Shown one piece after another: positions 1 through 5,008 of a stretch of 5,678 nt of DNA. A program made the translations under genes and the position numbers. Source of the DNA: a virus. The DNA lies in IMG/VR virus record IMGVR_UViG_3300045988_006698. One strand, given 5' to 3'. The notes under the pieces were generated by a model, which had not been told where the DNA came from, ran no database searches, and was given only the letters and a program-made list of their open reading frames with translations. Each line of letters begins with the position of its first letter. Within the stretch, counting starts at the first letter, position 1.

Positions 1-55
1 GAGCGGGTCAAGGCGACCAGAAACGTTTTACCCAGACTGCAAAGCGGGTAAAAAA
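1..55. repeat. Terminal direct repeat copy 1, identical to 5624-5678 (circular-contig overlap)
   Basis: I compared gagcgggtcaaggcgaccagaaacgttttacccagactgcaaagcgggtaaaaaa base by base at both ends and found 55/55 identity. Confidence 0.95.
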
Positions 56-101
56 CATCAACGTTCGACCGAAGGTATCAAGAGGCGGGATCAGATTATA
101 A
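1..101 (+). CDS. 3' part of the same junction-spanning basic ORF8/VP8-like protein (codon phase starts at position 3, stop TAA at 99-101)
   Basis: The frame continues from 5608 across the overlap. Joined length is 16 + 101 nt = 117 nt = 38 codons plus stop. The ORF track misses it because it is shorter than 60 aa and is split by the junction. Confidence 0.65.
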   Translation, partial: AGQGDQKRFTQTAKRVKNINVRPKVSRGGIRL

Positions 102-130
102 ACCATACAAACAAAGAAAGGGGGCGTAAA

Positions 131-247
131 ATGGCATTAATCAAGGTCAAGGACGTTAAGGAAGCAATTGCGCTGATGATGAGCATCCTTGAAAAGCTCG
201 ATGAAATCTACCACGCACTGAAGGACGCGGGCAAAGACAAAGAGTAA
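131..247 (+). CDS. Small hypothetical protein, 38 aa, predicted helical, no recognisable family
   Basis: ATG at 131 lies 6 nt after the G-rich SD AAAGGGGG (117-124). Translation is MALIKVKDVKEAIALMMSILEKLDEIYHALKDAGKDKE. Its stop TAA (245-247) abuts the SD of the next gene, the same packing seen for the other genes. Confidence 0.45.
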   Translation: MALIKVKDVKEAIALMMSILEKLDEIYHALKDAGKDKE

Positions 248-258
248 AGGAGAAAAAA

Positions 259-513
259 ATGAAACTGAAATTCTACTCATTCCATGATGCACTAACCAAC
301 GGCTACAGTCAGCCGTTCTTGCAGAACAACAGGGCACAGGCAGTGCGAACGGCACGATGGAAAGCCAACGAAAGCAAGCCGAGCGAAATCGAAGACATCA
401 GTCTCGTAGAACTGGGCGAGTTTGACACCGAGACCGGCTACATGAGCGAAGCAATGCCCGAGCACATCGCACGGCTCATCGACCTGAAGGAGACGGCCAA
501 TGTTAAATCCTGA
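259..513 (+). CDS. VP5: VP5-like small nonstructural protein of gokushovirus-type Microviridae (84 aa)
   Basis: SD AAGGAG (247-252) lies 6 nt before the ATG at 259. The pattern MK..FYS..D......QPF...N...A.R..........P.....L.ELGEFD.ETG matches the conserved layout I recall for ORF5/VP5 proteins. It sits directly upstream of the scaffold and capsid genes. Confidence 0.6.
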   Translation: MKLKFYSFHDALTNGYSQPFLQNNRAQAVRTARWKANESKPSEIEDISLVELGEFDTETGYMSEAMPEHIARLIDLKETANVKS

Positions 514-946
514 TAAACAGGTGCGGTACTACGGAGTACCAACCGAGAGAGTGGCAAACAATCCGGGCAGCGTGACAGCACCAACGTGGAAAGCAATCAA
601 ACGACCGAACGGCACTACAGACTACATCCAGCAGCCGGAAGAAAACACATACGAAAAAATCCAGCGAGCGGGCGAAGGCTACGACCTTGCAAGCGCAATC
701 GCACGCTTGGAAGCGGGAGACACCAGCATCAAGGCAAAAAGCATGGTATACACCGAAGGAACAGACCTCGAAAATCTGCCGAAGGATATCATGACAATGC
801 ACGAAAAGGCCGAGGCAGCAGCCGAACAGCTGGAACAGCTGAAACAGATGCAGCAGACCGAACAGCCGAAGCCGAAAGACGAACAGCCGAAGCCGAAAGA
901 GGAAGAAAAAAAAGAGGAGGTGAAGGAAAACGAACCGAAACAGTGA
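500..946 (+). CDS. VP3: Internal scaffolding protein VP3-like (148 aa) with a Lys/Glu/Pro-rich repeat tail
   Basis: SD AAGGAG (487-492) lies 7 nt before the ATG at 500, which overlaps the VP5 stop by 14 nt. Size and position immediately 5' of VP1 fit VP3. The central TYEKIQ...DLENLP...helical segment loosely resembles Chlamydia-phage-type scaffolds. Similarity was judged by eye only. Confidence 0.5.
   Translation: MLNPDKQVRYYGVPTERVANNPGSVTAPTWKAIKRPNGTTDYIQQPEENTYEKIQRAGEGYDLASAIARLEAGDTSIKAKSMVYTEGTDLENLPKDIMTMHEKAEAAAEQLEQLKQMQQTEQPKPKDEQPKPKEEEKKEEVKENEPKQ
860..901 (+). repeat. In-frame 21-nt tandem duplication (2 copies, 20/21 identical) encoding EQPKPKD/EQPKPKE in the VP3 tail
   Basis: gaacagccgaagccgaaagac (860-880) is followed by gaacagccgaagccgaaagag (881-901). 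Confidence 0.9.
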
Positions 947-971
947 AAACCATTTCGCGCAAGTGCCGCGG

Positions 972-2654
972 ATGGAACGACCGCGAAGCAAATTTGACAG
1001 AAGTCACCAGCTGTTGACGACCATCAACGAAGGTGACCTTGTACCCATCTACTGTGATGAAGTGCTTCCAGGCGATACCGCACAAGTACGACTGAACGGA
1101 CTCATTCGCATGAGCACTCCCATCTATCCTATCATGGATAACTGCTACATGGACACCTATTTCTTCTTTGTTCCGTGCCGTCTGCTGTGGGAACACTGGG
1201 AGAACATGTTCGGCGAAAACGATACAGACTACTGGGCAGAAAAAACCGAATATTCCACACCGAAAGCCGAAATCAAAAAACAAGGCATTCAAAACGGAAC
1301 AATCGGGGATTACTTCGGAATTCCAACAAAAGTACCGCTGAAAGTAAACGCGCTACCGGCACGCGCCTACGCGATGATTTACAACGAGTGGTTTAGAGAT
1401 GAAAACCTTGAAGCGCCTATAATGATAGGATACAAAAAAACTGACAAAGCAGGAAGCTCTGAAGACCCAGAAGTCGACGGGGAAAAATACGCCAATCAAC
1501 CAGAATATACTGCAACCGTATCAGAAGGTGCACTATACGCAACAAAACCCGCAAAAGCGAGTAAGTTCCACGACTACTTCACATCCTGTCTGCCCTCGCC
1601 GTTGAAAGATGACCCTATAGAAATCAGCCTGACAGGTGATGCACCAGTAGTTATGGGCAACTACAACAGCGAAACAGGCAAGGTTGACGCGTATACCATG
1701 GACACGAATATCTGGTTCAACGGAACCGGCGCGGGTGCAGGACGGGCATTCAACCGAACTTACTTGACTCCGACAAAGGGATTTCCAGCGATAGAACTGA
1801 CGGGTGTAGAAACCAACGGCGCAGAAACTGAACCAAACGGAAACAACATCACAATGGGCAATCTGTACGCCAACCTGAACAACGTGACCGCAATCAGTAT
1901 CCAGGACTTGCGAATGGCAATCGCACTGCAGCACATCTTTGAAGCAGATGCACGCAACGGCACGCGCTACCGCGAGTTCCTTTCCGGCACATGGGGCGTG
2001 ACAAGTCCGGACAGCCGGCTTCAGATTCCGGAATACATCGGCGGTCAGCGCATCGCTATCAATGTGAATCAGGTCGTACAGACGAGCCAGACGGACACGA
2101 AAACTGGACAGGCACTAGGCAATACGGCGGCATACAGCCTGACAACGTGCAGCAAGCAGATGGTGGACTATGCAGCAACTGAATACGGCTACATCATCGG
2201 TCTGGCAGTAGTACGAGTAGAGCACAGCTACCAACAGGGGCTGGCAACCAAGTGGACACGTGGCGGACGATTCACCTACTACGACCCGCGACTAGCAGCA
2301 CTGGGCGAACAGCCGGTGTATAACCGCGAAATCTATGCACAGGGCACACCTGAAGACGAAGAAATCTTCGGCTATCAGGAGGCTTGGGCGGACTACCGCT
2401 ACAAGCCTTCCTACGTAACCGGAGAAATGCGGTCTAACTTCCAAACGTCATTGGACGCATGGCACTATGCAGACGATTACAAAGAACTTCCGCGCCTCTC
2501 GGCGAAATGGATTCAAGAAGGACAACAGAACATTGACCGAACAATTGCAGTAACAAGCAACGTATCGCATCAGTTCTTGTGTGACTTCTATTTCACAGAA
2601 GACTGGTACCGCGAGATGCCTATTTACAGCATTCCCGGCATCGAAAGAATTTAA
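972..2654 (+). CDS. VP1: Major capsid protein VP1 (phiX174 F-type jelly-roll capsid, gokushovirus-like)
   Basis: This is the longest ORF. Conserved blocks are SKFDRSHQLLTTINEGDLVPIYCDEVLPGDT, FHDYFTSCLPSP, DLRMAIALQHIFEADARNGTRYREFL, RLQIPEYIGGQ and VVQTSQT. The start is uncertain: ATG at 972 is preferred, the ORF track uses GTG at 963, and neither has an SD. Confidence 0.9.
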   Translation: MERPRSKFDRSHQLLTTINEGDLVPIYCDEVLPGDTAQVRLNGLIRMSTPIYPIMDNCYMDTYFFFVPCRLLWEHWENMFGENDTDYWAEKTEYSTPKAEIKKQGIQNGTIGDYFGIPTKVPLKVNALPARAYAMIYNEWFRDENLEAPIMIGYKKTDKAGSSEDPEVDGEKYANQPEYTATVSEGALYATKPAKASKFHDYFTSCLPSPLKDDPIEISLTGDAPVVMGNYNSETGKVDAYTMDTNIWFNGTGAGAGRAFNRTYLTPTKGFPAIELTGVETNGAETEPNGNNITMGNLYANLNNVTAISIQDLRMAIALQHIFEADARNGTRYREFLSGTWGVTSPDSRLQIPEYIGGQRIAINVNQVVQTSQTDTKTGQALGNTAAYSLTTCSKQMVDYAATEYGYIIGLAVVRVEHSYQQGLATKWTRGGRFTYYDPRLAALGEQPVYNREIYAQGTPEDEEIFGYQEAWADYRYKPSYVTGEMRSNFQTSLDAWHYADDYKELPRLSAKWIQEGQQNIDRTIAVTSNVSHQFLCDFYFTEDWYREMPIYSIPGIERI

Positions 2655-2663
2655 GGAAGGAGG
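2655..2663 (+). promoter_or_regulatory. Strong Shine-Dalgarno-like element GGAAGGAGG, separated from the VP2 ATG by the hairpin
   Basis: GGAAGGAGG immediately follows the VP1 stop. It is 29 nt from the ATG at 2693 in linear sequence and about 9 nt if the 2665-2684 hairpin folds. Confidence 0.45.
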
Positions 2664-2664
2664 A

Positions 2665-2690
2665 AGCCCCGCAAAAGCGGGGCTATTTTT
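2665..2690 (+). terminator. Intrinsic terminator or attenuator hairpin between VP1 and VP2
   Basis: An 8-bp GC-rich stem agccccgc (2665-2672) pairs with gcggggct (2677-2684) around the loop aaaa, followed by attttt (2685-2690). It begins 11 nt after the VP1 stop. Confidence 0.65.
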
Positions 2691-2692
2691 GA

Positions 2693-3550
2693 ATGGAGAC
2701 GTTATTAAAGCTTTTGCCATCCCTCATGCAAGGGCTGGGCATGCTAACGAGCATCATAACGAGCAACAACCAAAGCAGCGCCAAGAACAGCCAAGGCTCA
2801 GGCAGCGAGACCACAACAGGCAGTGAGACCACAACAGGCAGCGTAACGGCACCACAGCAAATAGGTGCAACACAAATCAGCACGCCAACAGGTATTGCCA
2901 CATTCGGCAACCAGAGCAGCGTAAACACTGCAAACGCACTGCAAATGATGAGCGGACTGCTAAGCAACCTCGCGAATGCTGGAAGCCAAGCAAGCGCCAA
3001 GAAGTACAACAGCGCAGAGGCAGCAGCAGAACGAGCATTTCAAAAGGAAATGCGCGGAACGGCCTATCAAGATACCGTAAAGGACATGATCGCAGCGGGA
3101 ATCAATCCTATTCTGGCAGCGACCAACGGAGCAACAAGCGCACCATCGGGAGCATCTGCAAGCATTGGAAGCCAACGCTATAACCAGCAGAGCGCGCAAG
3201 CCGCAAGCGTATCCGCAATGTACGAATACGGCAACAACACGGCAGAGCTGGCGGACAAATACTTACAGCTAGCAAAACAGGCCACCAGCGCGAAACAGTT
3301 TAAGAATGCGAAAAGCTGGGAACAGGCAGCAAGCGAGCTGGCAACCTCAAGCGCAAAACAGGCACAACAGTACAGCTACGCAGCTAACAAGTTAGGTGCA
3401 GGCCTTGCGGGAGCAGGCAAAGCAGCCAAAGACGCAGTAGAAAAGGCTGGTAAAGCAGCCAAAGACGCAGTAGGAAACTTCAAAAAGTACAACCAAAGAG
3501 TGCCAATCATGCCAAACATGGACACATTCAACGCATACAGAGGAAACTAA
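2693..3550 (+). CDS. VP2: Minor capsid / DNA pilot protein VP2 (285 aa)
   Basis: It lies directly after VP1. The block AERAFQKEMRGTAYQDTVKDMIAAGINPILA matches the conserved core I recall for gokushovirus VP2. The remainder is Ala/Gln/Ser-rich low complexity with internal repeats, which is typical of pilot proteins. Confidence 0.85.
   Translation: METLLKLLPSLMQGLGMLTSIITSNNQSSAKNSQGSGSETTTGSETTTGSVTAPQQIGATQISTPTGIATFGNQSSVNTANALQMMSGLLSNLANAGSQASAKKYNSAEAAAERAFQKEMRGTAYQDTVKDMIAAGINPILAATNGATSAPSGASASIGSQRYNQQSAQAASVSAMYEYGNNTAELADKYLQLAKQATSAKQFKNAKSWEQAASELATSSAKQAQQYSYAANKLGAGLAGAGKAAKDAVEKAGKAAKDAVGNFKKYNQRVPIMPNMDTFNAYRGN
2801..2836 (+). repeat. In-frame 18-nt tandem repeat (2 copies, 17/18 identical) encoding GSETTT GSETTT
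   Basis: ggcagcgagaccacaaca (2801-2818) is followed by ggcagtgagaccacaaca (2819-2836), then ggcagc. Confidence 0.9.
3419..3473 (+). repeat. Perfect 22-nt direct repeat with 33-nt period, encoding a duplicated (A)GKAAKDAV unit near the VP2 C-terminus
   Basis: aaagcagccaaagacgcagtag occurs at 3419-3440 and again at 3452-3473. Confidence 0.9.
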
Positions 3551-3558
3551 AAAAGGAA

Positions 3559-3586
3559 GGGGGATGGCAAAACATCCCCCTTTTTT
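3559..3586 (+). terminator. Rho-independent terminator after VP2
   Basis: Stem gggggatg (3559-3566) pairs with catccccc (3573-3580) around the loop gcaaaa, followed by T6 (3581-3586). An upstream A-tract (3549-3554) is also present. Confidence 0.85.
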
Positions 3587-3612
3587 GCAACAACAATCCA
3601 AAAAATAAAGAA

Positions 3613-3793
3613 TGTGGAAAACTTGAGTTTTCAACACTTTCAACAGGTTTTCAACAACAAGTTGCACAAAGAAATTCGTCATAATGACGAACATTCAACA
3701 ATTCAACAAGTTTTCAACAAAGTTTTCAACAGGCAAAAAGACAATAAATAAACGTAGTAACGTTAAAAAAACGAGTTTTCAACACTTTCAACA
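3613..3793 (+). repeat. Iteron-like repeat array with core TTCAACA: 9 direct copies (5 as GTTTTCAACA) plus 1 inverted 9/10 copy
   Basis: GTTTTCAACA occurs at 3627, 3647, 3710, 3722 and 3775. CTTTCAACA occurs at 3637 and 3785. ATTCAACA occurs at 3693 and 3701. The inverted copy TGTGGAAAAC lies at 3613-3622. The 21-mer GAGTTTTCAACACTTTCAACA is duplicated exactly at 3625-3645 and 3773-3793. Confidence 0.9.
3675..3691. repeat. Perfect 17-nt palindrome TTCGTCAT-A-ATGACGAA inside the iteron region
   Basis: ttcgtcat (3675-3682) is the reverse complement of atgacgaa (3684-3691). This suggests a dimeric protein site or a small cruciform. Confidence 0.8.
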
Positions 3794-3812
3794 CTACTAC
3801 TACTACTACTAC
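3793..3812. repeat. Trinucleotide microsatellite (ACT/TAC) x6
   Basis: actactactactactactac begins immediately after the last iteron copy. Confidence 0.9.
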
Positions 3813-3845
3813 AACAAGTTAATATAAAAAGAAAGCGAGGTGTCA

Positions 3846-3880
3846 ACCGGCACAAGATAGACAAGGAAGCTTGTGCCGGT
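3846..3880 (+). promoter_or_regulatory. Perfect 11-bp stem-loop directly upstream of the rep (VP4) start; candidate origin hairpin or translational control element
   Basis: accggcacaag (3846-3856) pairs with cttgtgccggt (3870-3880). The 13-nt loop atagacaaggaag contains the SD-like AAGGAAG. The stem ends 7 nt before the ATG at 3888. Confidence 0.7.
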
Positions 3881-3887
3881 AACAAAA

Positions 3888-4877
3888 ATGCCATGTACAA
3901 AACCATTAGTATTTCAGATGGACACGAAAAAACCAAAACTGTGGGGAAGTCTGGAAAACCTATCAAAGCAAGGACTGCAAACGGACATCATGGACGGAAT
4001 CAAAAAAGGAAAATTCGCACTATTACCTTGTGGTAAGTGCGAGTATTGCCGCAAACAGATGGCAGACCAATGGGCAACAAGAATAGAGCTAGAAGCCAAA
4101 GAATGGGACGATGTGATTTTTCTAACACTAACGTACGATGATGACCATATTCCATACGGCGAGATAATCAAAGGCTACAGAAGCATTCAAAGCCAGACAG
4201 TGAGTAAGCGAGACGTACAGCTGTTTTTAAAACGGCTACGGAAAGCATACAAGAAGCCGATAAAATATTTCCTAGCAGCCGAATACGGCGACAGAACAAA
4301 AAGACCGCACTATCATGCAATAGTATTCGGACTAAAGCCACCGGATGCACAATGGTATAAGAACCAAAAAGGAAATAGCTATTTTAAAAGCGAATGGTTG
4401 CAAAAAATCTGGGGCAAAGGCATGATAGACTTTTCGCCAGCACAACCGGGAAGTTTTGCATACGTGGCGCAATACGTCAACAAGAAAGCCATAGGTGCAG
4501 AACAAGCGGCAAAATACTGGATGGAAGGTAGAGAACCTGAGTTTAGAATCATGTCGAAAGGCATCGGCGAAAAGTATCTAAAAGAACACAAAGATGAAAT
4601 CTTGAAAACGGATAGCATCATATGCGCGGGAGGACGCGAGAAAAGGCCTCCACGCTATTTTGATAAGATTCTAGATAAGGATACCAGCCAAGACACGGAA
4701 AGCTATTTTAGGGCACATTCTGACGAGCTGAGAGAGGTTAGGGCCAGACGCAGACGCAGCGCAATACAAAGTTTAGTCAATCTCGAACAGAACACAAGCG
4801 TAGATTACAAAACCTATCTAAACATTCAGAAAGAAAAAGACAAGCTAAAGCAAAAATGGCGTGAACCAAAAGCATGA
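3888..4877 (+). CDS. VP4: Replication initiation protein VP4 (HUH rolling-circle endonuclease, phiX174 gpA superfamily)
   Basis: Motif 1 is FLTLTY (4119-4136). The HUH motif is RPHYHAIVF (HYH at 4308-4316). The di-tyrosine motif 3 is YVAQYVNKK (4461-4487). An N-terminal CGKCEYC cysteine cluster lies at 4029-4049. I prefer ATG at 3888 over the track's GTG at 3873, which lies inside the stem. Confidence 0.9.
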   Translation: MPCTKPLVFQMDTKKPKLWGSLENLSKQGLQTDIMDGIKKGKFALLPCGKCEYCRKQMADQWATRIELEAKEWDDVIFLTLTYDDDHIPYGEIIKGYRSIQSQTVSKRDVQLFLKRLRKAYKKPIKYFLAAEYGDRTKRPHYHAIVFGLKPPDAQWYKNQKGNSYFKSEWLQKIWGKGMIDFSPAQPGSFAYVAQYVNKKAIGAEQAAKYWMEGREPEFRIMSKGIGEKYLKEHKDEILKTDSIICAGGREKRPPRYFDKILDKDTSQDTESYFRAHSDELREVRARRRRSAIQSLVNLEQNTSVDYKTYLNIQKEKDKLKQKWREPKA

Positions 4878-4934
4878 CGCGCACAGCGCTAAAAAGGAAT
4901 GGATTTAGCCGAATTCCGCTGCGCTCCATACGGC

Positions 4935-4953
4935 AAAGCGCTAAAGCGCTTTT
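4935..4953 (+). terminator. Weak terminator-like hairpin after VP4
   Basis: aaagcgc (4935-4941) pairs with gcgcttt (4946-4952) around the loop taaa, and a T-run extends to 4953. Only 4 GC pairs form, so this is marginal. Confidence 0.3.
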
Positions 4954-5008
4954 CAAACCAGAGGAGCAAAACCGACTGCTAATATATCAATTAAAATTTC
5001 AAAAAAGA

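Noticed and set aside
1-55. Terminal direct repeats as biological termini (DTR or LTR) or transposon ends
   Set aside because: The copies are direct, exactly identical and 55 nt long, a common assembler k-mer. A gene reads seamlessly through the join. This is the signature of a linearised circular contig, not of real ends.
586-1017. 143-aa Arg-rich + strand ORF in an alternative frame over VP3 and the VP1 start, considered as an overprinted gene like phiX174 B, K or E
   Set aside because: It has no SD before its ATG. Its composition (runs of R, G, K, A, E) is what the purine-rich, T-poor VP3 sequence yields in a shifted frame. The minus strand also stays open here, which points to a compositional artefact. 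Only conservation analysis in relatives could revive it.
1175-2826. Nested + strand ORFs 1175-1396 and 1991-2182 inside VP1, and 2581-2826 across the VP1/VP2 junction
   Set aside because: They are off-frame ORFs inside strongly supported genes. They have no SDs, basic low-complexity translations, no transmembrane segment that might suggest an E-like lysis protein, and 2581-2826 runs through the terminator hairpin.
3613-3793. CRISPR array interpretation of the short repeats
   Set aside because: The repeat unit is only 7-10 nt. Spacing is irregular and ranges from adjacent (0-1 nt) to 43 nt. No spacer-like unique segments of 25-40 nt, leader or cas genes are present.
3873-3887. Alternative starts from the ORF track: GTG 3873 for VP4, TTG 5058 for the peptidase and GTG 963 for VP1
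   Set aside because: GTG 3873 is inside the 3' arm of the 11-bp stem, and an ATG follows 5 codons later. TTG 5058 is 1 nt from the SD, whereas ATG 5067 has workable spacing. For VP1 the choice between GTG 963 and ATG 972 remains open, and I list ATG with the caveat.
3587-3887. A sigma70 promoter for rep, with candidates TTGCAA 3585-3590, TTGCAC 3662-3667 with CATAAT 3680-3685, and TATAAA 3823-3828
   Set aside because: Every -35/-10 pairing I tried has a wrong spacer (12, 14-15 or about 30 nt) or a poor hexamer, so no promoter call is justified from sequence alone.
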